This document shows positions 1-13,148 of a DNA stretch of 64,000 nt, piece after piece. The notes under the pieces are model-generated. The model was not told the DNA's origin, did no database searches, and saw only the letters and a list, made by a program, of their open reading frames with translations. The position numbers were made by a program, and so were the translations under genes. Each line of letters starts with the position of its first letter. Positions within the stretch are counted from its first letter, which is position 1. The DNA comes from Moniliella sp. 'wahieum' (taxonomy: Eukaryota), in the NCBI GenBank assembly GCA_003971905.1, contig RSEE01000072.1:62001-126000 (forward strand). Direction: 5' to 3'.

Positions 1-1400
1 ATACAATGACCATCATGATGATGGCTCAGGATGATGCATGATCTCATCTGAAATCCTGACATCCTGAGATCTGAGAGATCCGACGCCAACGGGGGCGGAT
101 ATGAGATCTGAGATCGAGATGCGCCGACCGGGACAGGGACCCGGGACTAGGAACCAAGGCTGCTCAACCACTCAGTTCTCAGTTCTCAGATCTCAGTACT
201 CAAAAAGCACAGGAGAAGCACGGTAGGGTCAGATCTCAGAGGGGGCATGGGAACAAGACGGTGGGATTGGACTCAAGTGGGCGTTGCACGACCGCGCTCG
301 TCAACGCCCCCGCCACATCAGGGGCGGAAGGCCACTGTGGTGGTACTGATGTCTGATATATGATACGGAGAGTGTGCCTCAATCCCACCGCCACTGGCAA
401 CGCCTGAATAAGCCAAGGACAGAACGGAGAGTTTTGGATCGAGAGCACGACCCCGCGTCGGAGGGCTGATGTACGCCAAAAATGCGCCATAATACGATCG
501 GGGGCGCAAGAAAAGAGACATTTTTTTTCGTTAACCAACTAGCGTTGCAGCTTCCCGCTTCAAGCTCTTCCCACTGACGCACTTACGCCTACTTGAGCTT
601 ATAGAAGAGCAAACTGGCTTATCAAGGTTCAACCGCTATCGTCTGTCGCACAGGAGAAACATAGATGAGCGCGGCGTCGACTATCGACTATCGATGATCG
701 ATTATCGATTGCCCAGCGCCCCTATTACAAGATCCTGCCCATAGGTACCATACTTAGCTTGAAGCTTGATGTGCCGGGGCTGCTGCCCCCTGTGTTAATG
801 CAAGCGATTGGTGATGCTGATGAGGCCTGAGGGTGGTGGTGGGCAATTTAATACAGCGCCCCGCGGGGGCGCAAGGTCGGATGGACAAGTGTGCAACCGA
901 GGCCTGGACGCCTGACGTTTTCGCCTCGGGGGCTGAGTCTCAGGGTGATGAGCTTGTGGCTTGAAGGAATGGACTGAGGCGGGGATGTAGGGCGGGATGC
1001 GGGGGATGCGGGGGATGCGGGGGAGCGGGGAAGGCAGTGGAGAATACACAGGCCCATGATGCATGATCCCTCTCAGTGGGGCAGATGCACATGCGATGGT
1101 TGGGTCCGGGATGTACGGGAAAACGCACAGACGAGCCAGGGAAAGGAGGAAGAAGGTTCCGACGACCAGGGGGAATACACGCTCCGCACCTTCGTCGCCT
1201 CTCCCCACCGATGGATGAGGTGAGGCAATTGAACCGAGCGCCATCCTAGATCTACGACAAGGGCGAGTTGGTACGCAAGTAGTTACCAGTCACTAGTTAC
1301 TGGTTACTGGCTACTGGTTACTGGTTACAGTCCAGCATTAGAGTAAAATATGGAATGGAATGAGACCTAGAGAGGCTGAGGGTTGAAGCTGTATGAGTGG

Positions 1401-3578
1401 CTAGACGGCCCACTTGCTTGCGCGTGTACCTGTTGCGCGCGGTGCCGATGAAGAGGAGGACGAAGATGAGGATGTGGGTGGGGGATGCTTGCCCCCGCGT
1501 TTGGTGGGACGAGAAGTGGGGCGAGAAGCGGGACGAGAAGCGGCGGGGGCGGCCGGGGCGTGTTTAGACGCAGATGGTAGCGAGTGCGAAGGGGCATTCG
1601 ACGCCAAAGGCAACACAGGCGAAAATACTAGCTCAAACGAAGCTACCAACGGAGACAAGTCCATTGGCATAGCACGAGGAATGTCCTGTTTAGTCGCATG
1701 GGGTTGAAACGCAATACGCGTCTGCGCATCGTACTGCACCACCAACAGTTTCCCATTCCCCGTCGGTCGAGGTAACACTTTTGCTAAACTCTCCAGAAAC
1801 GCCGTGAAGAGTAACATTGCTTGTGCCCGATCGTCCGCTTGGCCCGGGCCAGGGAACAAAGGTGCAGCCCCGATCGTCTTGAGTACCGTCCGGAGTTTTT
1901 TACGCTGCGGTTTGCTCATTAGTGCTCGTCCAATTCGTTCGTCTAGTCGTTGCCGTCCCCGCGGCCCAAAATACGTCGCGTCCAACTTGATCTCCCCTGG
2001 TTGCGGCACGAGGCACGGTGGTGAGTCTGCGATAGGGAGTAATATGGGCTCCACCTCTCTTTCTCTTTCTCCTTCCGGTTCTGCATTGCCTCGTCGTCAT
2101 CGTCGTCGTCATGATGAATCGAGAAAAATAACTTCCGTCCCGCTCGTTTGGACGGGGGCGAGAATCGACATCGTCAGGTCGCGAACGTTTGTTGGATATG
2201 GCGGAGGATTCGAATGCGGTGCAGGGGGTGGTGGTGGCGGAGGCGGAGGGGGGAAAGTCGAGGTGGTACGTCCGGCAATGGGCGGTGCACCAGTTCTATG
2301 TTTATCGCGAGATCGTTTGGGGAGGGGAGCGATTGCGCGTTGTGGCCGTTCCAACTGCGGTAGGGAAGGAGCAAATGTCGATGTAGAAGGGACGGAAGGT
2401 GGGTGAGGCGCAGGAGACGTGCGGGGGGGCACACTCGCGTTGAACGCACCCGACAAGGCGGGAGGGGACAAGAGCGGATCCAGGTCCGCCATCTCGGAAT
2501 CCTCATCGTCCAGAATCTCAATGACAGCATGCGCATCTTGGTTGCTATCGGTGCAGAGGCGCCATCCTTGGCCCTTGGTAGGTGGTGGCGTCGATCCAGT
2601 CGCCGAACCAGGAGGAGCTACTGAAGACACACCAAATCGGAGCGACCATTGGTCCACGAGGTGTTGTGCAAAGCTACGCACGTCCATCTTGGTCCGAGCC
2701 AACTGGTCTTGGATGTCAAACGTAGTGACCCCCTCGGCCTCGGCAGAGACACTGGCATTGACATCGTGTGTAAACAGCGCCACGGGATATTCCTCTTGAA
2801 TCGAGGCGGCGAGACGAACAATTTGATCATCGTTGCTCTGGTGGATTCGGCGGGGGTCAGTTCTCGGTGCTCAGTACCCAACTACTCCCCATACACAACA
2901 CAAACAAAAGACAGCAAGCTGGGGGGGAACGGGAGGGGACATACAAGAGATCGTTCGCGCTCGAGGGCATGCGCAATAGTTTGGACATGCAAGGACCAGC
3001 AGGCCTTGTCGACCTGCTGGCCGTTGGGCGGATGGCCTGGTTCTGCCACCGCAAGGCGGAGAGGACGAATCGACTACCGGCCTGGGCTTCGAGCGCACGC
3101 CGGACCGCAGCCCCGCCCTCGCGTCGCTGGGACTTGAGGTGGTCCAGCTCCTTGATGACGACACGAGGCACGAGGAGCGCAACGAGCGCAGCCGTCTTGC
3201 GGCCAGCGACGACAGCGCGGTTGTGGGTGAGGAGCACGTCGAGGAGCACGTGGAGCAGCTTGAGGCAGGGGGGCTCCATGAGCACGTTGGTGTCCAGGAG
3301 AAAGTAGGTGTGCAGGCGGCCGTCGCCGGCGGCAGGGAGCGTGGGCACCACGCCACGCGCCGAGGCTGCCGCGCCGGCAGAGGGGCGGCCGGGTCCCAGG
3401 ACGGGGGGGGCGTCGGGGGAAGCGTCGGGGGCAGCGTCGGGGACAGCGTCGGGGGCAGTGTCCATGAGGTGCTCGTGCTCCCACCCGGTGGCGGTGGCGG
3501 TCCAGCGCACAGGCCCCGCCGCGGGCGGATGGCCAGCGGCGTGGGCGCGTGCGTTGGCCCAGTCGGGTAGGTGGCCAT
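1401..3578 (-). CDS. PIN-domain (SWT1/PIN_4-like) RNA endonuclease; frameshifted, probable intron near 2885-2945
   Basis: PIN motifs in order across frames: YFLLDTNVLM, LLVPRVVIKELDHLK, SNDDQIVRLAA...VALFTHDVNASVSAEAEG. These are followed by a Pro-rich linker and a helical C-terminal ORF (1401-2054). Confidence 0.75.
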
Positions 3579-3786
3579 GGATTTAGGTAACAGAGTGCGT
3601 CCTGCCAGAATTTACTCCCATGGCGGTCATTAAGCAGCTAACATTCACACACACTGGACAGCGGAGGCCGCAACCCTAGCCGCCCCGCGTGCGTTCCGCC
3701 GGCGCAGTTCCGCCTGTCATTTAACACGCGGCGCGCAGCCCTGCGCTCCCTCGGCGTCCTCCCCTCCCCTCCTCTGCGCGCCCAGC

Positions 3787-5036
3787 ATGGTCAGCACGCG
3801 AGCCGCCACCGCCGCCGCGCGAGCCATCACCTCCACCTCCATCCCCACCCCCACCACCACCAGCACCACCACCACCACACCACCACGCCCACGCCGCCAG
3901 CCCGCCGCACGCCGCAAGGCCGCCCCCCGACTCTGCCCGCCAATGCCCGCGCCAAGAAGGCCAAGACCGCCCTGCGCCGGCCCACCCCCGCTCCTGCTCC
4001 CGGAGCTTCTGCCCGAGGCCACCATCGCACAGAACACGACCGTGCCTGCGCCCCGCCTGCCCTTTGACCTCCAGCACGCCCTTGCCCATCTGACCCAGGC
4101 CGACGCGCGCTTTGCCAAGCTCCTCGCCGGCACCACCCTCAAACCCTTTACCGACATGGACCAGGGCAAGGGTCCGAGATCAATGTGTACAAGTACGGGC
4201 CATTCCATCTTGGGCCAGCAGATCAGTTGAAAGCAGCACACACGAAGTGTCATATACAAGTTTGCCGCGTCTTCACCCCTCCCTCCCGGCCGATCCCGAC
4301 TTTGATACGGCGTCCCAAACGGGAAGACTGGCCGTGGCCGACGCCGCACCAGGTCTTTACGCGCCAAGGAGGAGGAGTTGCGTGCGGCCGGCCTGAGCGG
4401 ACAAAAAGTCAAGTACATCCGTGACGTTTCGCTTCATTTTGCCGATGGCCGCTTGGTGGCGGCTGAAATGCTGCGCTTACCGGAAGAAGAGGCGGTCAAG
4501 GCACTGGTTCAAATCAAAGGCGTAGGCATCTGGACCGCAGCAGAAATGCTTCTGATTTCGCGCTGCGTTTGCCTAACTTGCTCCCCGTTGGCGATTGGGC
4601 ATCCAGCGCGGCATGCTCCACTTCTTTACCGCCACGTCCCTGGACGAGATGGTGGTGCACCCCGGCAAGCTCCGCGCAGCCACTTCGCCCCAGAAAAAGA
4701 AGACAACCAAGACGAAGCCGATGGCCGATCTGGCGTCTCAACCGCAACAAGAACTTGGATCCCAAGAACTCAGCGTCGAGGCTACATTGGATGCAAGTGA
4801 GAAGGTTGAGGGGACATCGACCTACATGCCCATCAACCACCTCTCTCGCCAAGTAGTGCTGCCCGCCCTTTACCCCTCTGCCCGAGGGGATGACACTGAC
4901 GATGCTCAAGAGCCGCGCAAACGGCAACAAAGTCAAGGGACAGTACCTCACACCCGAGGAGATGCGCAAACTAGCTCAGCCTTGGGAACCCTACCGTAGC
5001 GTGGGCGCGTACTTGATGTACGCACTCAAAGATTGA
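3787..5036 (+). CDS. MAG1: DNA-3-methyladenine glycosylase (AlkA/HhH-GPD family); frameshifted
   Basis: SILGQQIS, LRAAGLSGQKVKYIRD, HhH motif LVQIKGVGIWTA, LLPVGD.GIQRG, C-terminal PYRSVGAYLMY; stop TGA at 5034-5036. Confidence 0.85.
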
Positions 5037-5376
5037 CCCCCCCCCTCCCCCCTCCCTCCCGCAGCGCGGTAGCCTCCTTTTTTCTCTGTTTGTTTTTGGC
5101 ACACAAAAAGACCGATTTGGCAATGGAACGGATAATCTCCAGTCGCTCGTCGTATACTAATGGTGCGCGCTTGGGCTGGCGAACAAAATCAAATCGTTCC
5201 CATCCGATCCGAAGGGGAGCAGGTGCGTACGCGACGCGTTTCTACTGAGCCGCTGATTGTTTCCTGGGCGGGAGTCCCGAGGGGGCCGTCTTGGGGCGGC
5301 TTTCTCGTTGATGTATCCAATGCGGACAGTAGTTAGGCTCTCGCCTGGGTAGAGCAGAGCGCTGCAGATTGAAGTG

Positions 5377-5827
5377 TGTGGTAAGCCGGATTAAGGAAGT
5401 ATTGGGGTTCAGGGACGGAGAGTTGTACGGTTTCGAGTTAAGGACAAACACGGCCGAGCTGGGACTTGGCTCTTGACTGCAGTGGGACTTGAGGCGACGG
5501 GTGCTTGAGGAAGGCTCCACACGCAGCTTGGTTCAGGTCTGAAGAGCTGAGAGACGACCGTGGATGGAGAGCGAGAACAGCAGCTACTATACAGAGGAGT
5601 CGAAGGTGCCTGTACGGGATGAATTGGCGAGGACAGGAGGGTGATGACTACAAAGGGCCGTAGGGGAAGCCCACGACCCTGGCATGGCTCACAGACAAGG
5701 ATACAAAGGGAAAAACGTACAAGAGAGGAAGAACTCGGAGAGGGCAGGGGAGACCAAGGGGGGCGGTTGCCGCTAGGACAACCTACTTGGACAGAGAAAC
5801 TTAGGTAAACAGGCAGGGGGGTGACTA
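5377..5827 (+). repeat. Dispersed repeat family A, copy 1 (degenerate solo-LTR-like, ~450 bp)
   Basis: Shares blocks CAGGGACGGAGAG, GAGCTGGGACT, GAATTGGCGAGGA, AAGCCCACGA and GGGCAGGGGAGA.CAAGGGGG..GGTTGCCGCTA with copies at 10907, 16329 and 30952. Confidence 0.7.
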
Positions 5828-6339
5828 TAGTATCGTCGCCCGCAAAAACGGTACTGACATTTCGGTGGCACTATTGTTGTGGCCACCAAACATTCGCTTT
5901 GGTATGGGGCAACTCCGAGTCGCTTCGCACGAATGCAACGGCATCACTCTGGCCACTGTACATGTACATGATTTGACCACGACGATGGTCGAACTTGGTT
6001 TTGGACGTTGGTCATTGGGATGTCTGGGATGGGGAAAATTGGTGAGGTAGGCGAAGGGCGCGTATTGGCTCAGCTAGGCTCGTCAGTCCATCTTGGCTCG
6101 TAACATGTACGAATCGTCAAAGCAAACGAAATGGGGAGCTCGGGTGCGGTCCGAAAGAATCATATATGGCGTAGAGAGAGAGGTAAACGGGTGGACTACC
6201 GCTGATGAGGAGGGTAAGACCGGAAGCCTCACCGCTTCCCTTTCTAAGCCCCCTCCAATCGCGAGGAGAGGGTGGGACGGTCTTTGGTGATCAAGGAGCA
6301 CGGGTGCGTACCGCGCATCTCAACCTCTCGTACTTTCAT

Positions 6340-9185
6340 GTGCGGAAACTGCCCGCTCAGTGGGTGGGGGGGGCAGACGGGACCGAGCTGTCGGTGATGT
6401 TGTGATAGATCAGGCCAAGCGACGCTTGCAGGGTCTTTTGGTTGACTGCAGAGCACCAAGGCTTCCACGCTTGATCTTGACGGATTGCACGACGACTACA
6501 ACAACCTGCATGCGAATGACGTACCAAGTGAGAGTGCCGCAGAAAGAGTATACTTCATCCTGTGTGTGTCAGGCAGCACGTGTGAGAACTAGGCAGTGGT
6601 CGAGTTGTGCGAAACACCCAACCGAATCCAGGGGAGAGGGGGGAAAGGGGGGGAGGTAGTACCTACGGAGCCAGTAGTTGCGCTTGACGCGGACGGTTGA
6701 AGCAGAATGAGAACACCAGGCCAAAGAAGACCCAGGAAGTGTAACTAATCGAGTTATTGGTGGTCCAGTTGGAAATACATCCAAAGATCACAGGCACAAC
6801 GATCCAAGCTGGTTGGAAGCGGTAATAGATCATTGGGCTCCAACGCGATAGGAATAGATAGGGATAGGCAGCAAAACACCATCAGGAACCCATACAAGGT
6901 CCAAGGTAGAATCGCAAAAAACCATCGTAAGGACCCACCCCGCCCCAGTACAAAATGTCGTTCTCGTATCCAAATAAATCGGATACAACTTCGTTGTTGG
7001 ACAAGTCGATTGACCTATCTTGCCTGGTAAGTTGTCTTGCATCGTCCAGAACCCAGCATGAGCCAGAACAGACAGCTGCACGCCAACTTGGGTAAGAAAG
7101 TTGACCCGAGGAGGAATCTTGAAGTAGTGGCACAGCTTGGAGCCACCGGAAAGAGTGCCGCTTGTGGACGACATTGTTGCTGAACAGGCTGAACAAGACG
7201 AGACTGGAGATGTTGTGCTTAAACATGAGGCCGCAAGGAGGCATGAAAAATGCCGAAGGGAAATTTGGATCCCTGTGATGCCCTGGACCAGACAAATCGG
7301 AACAATAAACACCACACCCACCAGAAGTGCAACAAGCAGGCCCCATACGGGCATCCCAGTTCGGTACGCATGAATCACAGGGATGCAACAGGCGACGCAA
7401 AGAGTAAACAGTACAAGGTTCCACCAAGCGGGTACCTGCTTATAGTTGGTGAGGATGGCACGGGTATGCGGATCGTACGCGTTAGCTGGTTTACGCCGTA
7501 CCCAGTGGAGGATATCTCTCCCATGGAAGAGCCCAACATGCACCAACACCGACGCCACCGCAATAAAGGAAAAGAAAATAGCCACAACAGACATGGCAGT
7601 CAGGTATGGGAGCGAGTGACGGTTGTACTCATCGGATGAAAACCAACATGGTTCCTCGAGGGTACGGTCACCCACATGGATGCTCGGGTACTGGTACGGA
7701 ACCGATTGGTATCTACCTCGTATGGATAGGAATAGGAAAATGGAATGTTGCCCATGTGCTGGGTATTGGTACACATCAGTACCACGCCGAGTACGCATCC
7801 ACCCAAAATCATCCCACCCAACACGCACACCAGAATGTATCGCGGTACAATCAGAGGCGACACGCCCATCGCCGTCACGACCTCGTACCAATCGAATGAG
7901 AGCATGTGCAAGCCCAGCCCACCGTCACCACCAAACATGAGGTTGACAGGGAACGAATGGGGGTGCAATCCAAGCTAAGAAGCTGAACGTCTGAAACGGT
8001 ATGAAAAACAATCGTGGTACCAATTCCCATACGGAGATGAGTCCCAGCGCACCCCAGAATACGTATCGTATAGGCCAGTGGGTAACCCGGATACCATGCA
8101 AAGCGGTCAGTACAGCTGCTGTCTCCAGCTGCACTGGCCAAACCATTGGCTCGGGCCAGACAAGTACTTTTGAGCCAGATTGGCAAGAGGGAAGCCGAGG
8201 AGAGGAGCGGTAATCGAGAGCAGAAAGAATAAACCCCTGTTGCCATTGCGTTGCCGCATTATCCATCCCTGAGTCATTGTCGATGGCAACATTGCGTGCC
8301 TTCGCCCAGGCTGTCAGCAACAAAAGTGTCTGGTTGGGGCCAGTGGTGATGCCAGCAATGACAGTAAGCAGCCTAAAAAAGCCAGGAGGGGGTTAGACAG
8401 TTGGCCGACTAGGAGAGGAATCATCTGGGGAGGAGTAGGAGATAAAAAAAGAAAACGTACGCATGTTCCTTACAATTGAAAGGCCCTGGATTGAAAAAAC
8501 GCTTGTAGGGCCAACGGTCCGGGTACGGGATCTTGGACAAGAGCAGGCCGAATCCATATGCAAAGGGCGGATAAGCACAGATCCTACCAACATCGAAGCA
8601 TCACCACTTGATAAGACAATGTCAAGATTAAAGTACGCGATCGAGAGACCGACGGTGATCATGGATCCAATCAACCAAACCCGCGCCGTATTAATTGGCA
8701 ATGAGGGATCGTTTCGTTAGGTACAGTGGCACGAACTTCCGGTCGAGAAGAGATACCTTGGATAGTCTCGGTGTCACTCTCGTCTCCACTTTCTTCCTCA
8801 ACCATAGAACTGGTGGTACCATCGCTGCAGGCCGTATCTTTGCTTCGGATACTGTCCTTGCCCAAATCCCCATCGTAACCACTGGGGCTGACAGGGGTCA
8901 ACTCCAAGAGCGATCGGTTATCAGGATTGGAGAGATCCTCGTTCGGATGGTGTGAAAACAAATACGCCTGGAAACTGCTCGCGTTGAAGGACCCAGGGTG
9001 GATGGAATCCTCCCCTTGGAGGGAGGATGGGCATCGTCAATCGGAGAAGGAACATCAGTGCTTCCCGTCAAGGGTGCTAGATCCAGGTCATCTGCATCTG
9101 ACAGACCCGACGGTGGCTTCCATGTGTTGGACAACGACGATAGTGAGCGCGTTGCCCCTGCGGCGGCCTTCTTGTCGCTCCACAT
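6340..9185 (-). CDS. OPT family oligopeptide transporter, paralog 1; many frameshifts (sequencing error or pseudogene)
   Basis: PEVRATVPN..PSLPINTARVW, VWPEPMVWPVQL, KLCHYFKIPPR; introns at ~8373-8460 and ~6560-6666; colinear with the paralog at 13-16 kb. 3' end approximate. Confidence 0.85.
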
Positions 9186-11268
9186 CTCGGGGAGGGTGGG
9201 GGTTCTTTTGTGTTGGAGGAGGGCGATGCACGAGAGACGGAGGCACAAATGAGCTGGGAAGAATGGTGGACACTCCGTGCGGGAAGATGGTGTGGAGGGG
9301 TTAAGGAAAAAGGCGGAGAGGGGGGACGTGCTAGTGAGCTCACTAGTAGTAGTAGTGAGCTCCTCACCCTCCACAAGGCTTTTCCTTTTCCGTTTGACCC
9401 TCTTTTCGTCCTTCTAACGCCATGTATGCCATGCTTGGCGCGAGTTACTTTGCGCTCTAAGATCTAATCTCAGTGGTGCTGGACTCGCTCCGCCGAGAAA
9501 GCGAGCAGCGCTGTACGTGATTAATTCAGGATTGGTTCTAATTCTCCATTCTCAATGCGAACATCCTCCGCCTCGCATCATGCATCATGCATCATGCATC
9601 ATGCATCAATAGCCTCTCTGAAAAGGCCTGCACCATGTCACGTGGCATCCCAATACGCCCGTAGGCAAAAACACCATTGCGCCCGCACGTAGAGATGGAG
9701 CCCAACGTTGAGCGCGCGTTGAGCACGGCGAGCGGGGGGGGTAGGGGGGCTTAGCGCTTATTCGCGTTCGTGTCGGGCGGACTGGGTGCCAGGGTTTTTT
9801 TCCGCTTCCCCGCACGAAGTCTGAGACGGCACAAGGGAAGAGAGCGCTGGGGCCAGCGCCACAAAGTAGGTATTGCTTTGATGTCGATGGATGATCGATG
9901 ATATATATGCTGTAGAGCCCCTGCAACGCGATGACGCGATGACGGATTACCGTTTTATGGTTTTAACGCTTATCCTGGTGGTTACGCGCCGGTTACGGAA
10001 GAGGGTGGCTGGACTTTTGGTCCAACACTTTGCAAAGCGAGAGCGATCTGGCAGTTAGACTTTGTTCCCACACATAACGCGTAACGCAGGACAGGTATAA
10101 GATCTAAGATCTAAGAGGAGAGCTTGCCTCCCTACGTCACTAACGCCATTGGCGAAGGAGGAAGGGGCGGCAAGACCGGTGAGATGGATGAATTCCATCC
10201 TGTGATTGATCGAAAGAGGTGTTGTCGCGCCGCGGGTATATAGCGCACCCTATATTCGACGCGCGGTTATTAAGCTGCGAGGCGGATCTGACGCGTGACG
10301 CGTGACGGTAGCAATAAGCAGCGGTAACGGGTTAACGCGGTAACGGGTAACGCGTAACGCGTAACGCGTAACCAGTAGCTAGAATAACTGTTGAGCTGGG
10401 TGCTGCTGGGTGGCTCGTGCTTTGGCCAATGTCCCTTCAGTTCCTCCTCAGGCGTAGGAGTTTCGCTGTTTTCCTCTCCTGATTTTCTCTTGTTCTGCCG
10501 CTTAGCCCCTGAGGCCTGATGGCGACTCGCTGCTTGATGTTCCTCTGTAGGCATTGATGGTTGCCACCACCACCACCTGTGCGATTGCATCACCCTCGAG
10601 GACCATCATGCATACATGTCGCAGGACCCAGGTCTCGATCTCATCAGTAACTAGTAACTAGTAACTAGTGATCTAGTAACCGGAAGCGTGTAACGAGGTT
10701 ATGAGTAGCGCGAAGAATGTGTGGCGGTGGCAAAGAGACGGCCGACTTTGTAGAACAGGGAGTAAGCGTAACGGAGAAGGAAAGGGGACGGCGCGCTCAC
10801 GCGGACGAGGAGCGGGCGCTGAGTACTGAGTGCCCCCGGCGGGTGCGGGTACTGCTCCAGCTATAGTAGGCAAGCGATCATCCATTCTACGTCCCATGCA
10901 CACCAGTGTCGCAAGGCTGCGTACGCACCAACTTGGACAGTATAGTATTAACGTGCCCTGAAACCTTCGGGGTTCAGGCTCAGGCGCAACCTGGCGCAAC
11001 CTGAACGTCCTGAACCCTGGAACCCTGAGGGACGGAGAGTTACTAGTTACTAGCTTACTAGTTACCAGTGACATATGTGGCAGCGGAGGACAAACACTGC
11101 CAGAGCTGGGACTGAAGTGGGAGCTTGAGAGGCAGCGTGGCTCGCGAGGGGGGACGCGACTTGTTTGTGAAGAGCTGAGAGAACAAGGATGGATAGAGGG
11201 ACGCGGCTAATTAAAGAAGAGACACTGGGGTTGTTTGTACGGGATGAGTTAGCGACGATTCCGAGGTC

Positions 11269-11310
11269 GTTCCCCCTGTCCCAGCTTAAGCTCTGTCATG
11301 ATATGGATTC
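11269..11310 (+). mobile_element. Very short 5'-truncated 3' end of the CRE-like non-LTR retroelement
   Basis: GTTCCCCCTGTCCCAGCTTAAGCTCTGTCATGATATGGATTC matches the terminus at 11996-12041; degenerate flanking duplication GATTCCGAGGT / GATTCTAGTGGT. Confidence 0.6.
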
Positions 11311-11415
11311 TAGTGGTGCATGTCGCCAAAAAGGACCATAGGGCAAGCCCACGAGACCCATTGCTTATCCTGACAGGGTCCCAAAGGGAAATAACGCGTA
11401 ACATACAATGGACGA

Positions 11416-12044
11416 GGAGGCCACCGGGTCTACGGTCCAGCCCGCCCAGCCACACTTGGCTCTCCTCCATTCCATCGGTCTCGTACCTCCGGCTCACGAC
11501 AAGCACATTGAGGTTGGTCTCCAGCTCCGCACGCTGTGCCGCTCCTCGCGCAGCATGTGCAAGTGCGGCCTCGAGGCGCAGAGCGCGTACCGGAGAGTGG
11601 CGCATGAGAGCATGGCGACGACGCCTTTGGAACGCCGGGAGAAGGAGCTGCTTCGGCTGCTGGAACAAGCAGAATGCGACAAAAAACGCCAAGTACCAGG
11701 GACGCACGCAAGAGCCGTTTTCACCCCTGGTTTTGATGACGCGAGGATACTACGGCACCAAGACAGCGGGCAAGATGTTTGCGCGTTGGAAGGATTTGGC
11801 TACTGAGTCTCAATAGAAATGGTTCCTCGCTCGGATGTCTACCACGTTCATCCGTGTCCACACGCGCTACCTAGGGTACGGGACCGGATGGCGAGCACCT
11901 GAGGGTCTGATATCCTGGCGATCCCCCTGGTTCCTTAACATTGGTAGCGCTACCAAGTAACTCCCGCAAGATGAACGGTTCGGTTTAGACACAGCGTTTC
12001 CCTGGCCCAGCCTTAAGCTCTGTCAATGATAGTATGGATGCAGT
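11416..12044 (+). mobile_element. 5'-truncated non-LTR retrotransposon, restriction-like endonuclease (CRE/Cnl1-like) C-terminus plus 3' UTR
   Basis: Translation LLEQAECDK(fs)NAKYQG...FSPLVLMTRGYYGTKT...FARWKDL...FLARMSTTFIRVHTR fits the RLE tail pattern E..K..KY...F.PLV...G...W...S...R. Target-site duplication AATGGACGA at 11407-11415 and 12045-12053; removing the insert restores repeat A. Confidence 0.7.
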
Positions 12045-13148
12045 AATGGACGAAGGATTCCGGGGCAGGGGAGATCAAGGGGGATGGTTGCCGCTATAGG
12101 GCAACCTACTTAAGACAAATAAAGGCAAACGGGCAGGGGGACCCAACGAAAGACACTCCTATAATAAACCGTGGGTCGGGCTCCCAGTTCGGGGCTCGCC
12201 CATGATGCATGACACCCCTCCATGCCATTTGTTGTCGGGCCGAGAACCCCCTGACAGTGGCCTGGGATTCTAGGGCTGTGCCTACGTGCAGTGGAGTTTG
12301 CGGATATTAGGCGGAAGGTTTTTGGAATACAAACAAGACGGACACTCGCTTTTCTTGGCCTTCCTTCACCTTTTCGTCTTATTGCTCTAGACTCCTCCGG
12401 TCTTCTCTTCGTCCTTTTTGTCAACGACGAACCCTTGCGGCTTCACTCCTCAAAGAATTGTCCGTTCCCTTCATTCTCCTTAGTTGCTGAGTCTTCGGGG
12501 CCCTGTGGGGTTTAGGCCCCTTACAAAGAAGTCCCAGCGTGAGTAGGACTGCCGGCAGCGTTTCTGCAACTGTGCCATCGACCTGTGGCCCCTCGTCCAA
12601 ACCCAAGAATCGCGCTTTTGTCGTTGTACACACAGAGACATATAGACGAACAGGCCTGTGCTCTGTGATGCCATTGAATCCAAGTTCTAAGTCTACTTTT
12701 CTCACCTTGTGATCTCAAACAAGGCGCGAAAATGGGATACATATCATAAAACCTCCAGCCTCCGCACTGGGTCGTTCGGTCCACAGGGAGAAATTCCGTA
12801 ACATCACTCCAGGGTTTTCAGGGACGTTTTCTGTCCTACCGTTGTGCCCTTGAGGATAACGGTCACAAAAAGATAACCCGCAAAAGAAATGGACAACAAT
12901 GACCACGTGTATCCTCACACGCGCAAGCCCAATACATAACAAAGGGTTGGAAACGGGAGAAGAACCGCCAGCGGGCTCAAAGAGAAAAATGGTGAATCAT
13001 ATCCGAAACAAATGGATGCCGTACGCGAAAGATTCATATACGCATATACTGAGGCGGAGGTGAGAGATGGTATGGCGTCACCCACCTTGTCAAACTCCCT
13101 CCAATCACATGCGGGGGGCGCTGGCGTTGGTGCTCAGTGGTACACACT

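Larger units (their letters stand above)
10907..12140 (+). repeat. Repeat family A, copy 2, interrupted by two retroelement fragments and 7-mer arrays
   Basis: Starts TGTCGCAAGGCTGCGTACGCACC like copies 3 and 4. Segments 11030-11268, 11311-11415 and 12045-12140 align in order to 5410-5822. Confidence 0.7.

Noticed and set aside
11269..12044. The 44-bp repeat pair as LTRs or a long TSD of one element
   Set aside because: The sequence between the short and long copies (11311-11415) is host repeat A, and the long copy has its own TSD, so these are separate insertions.
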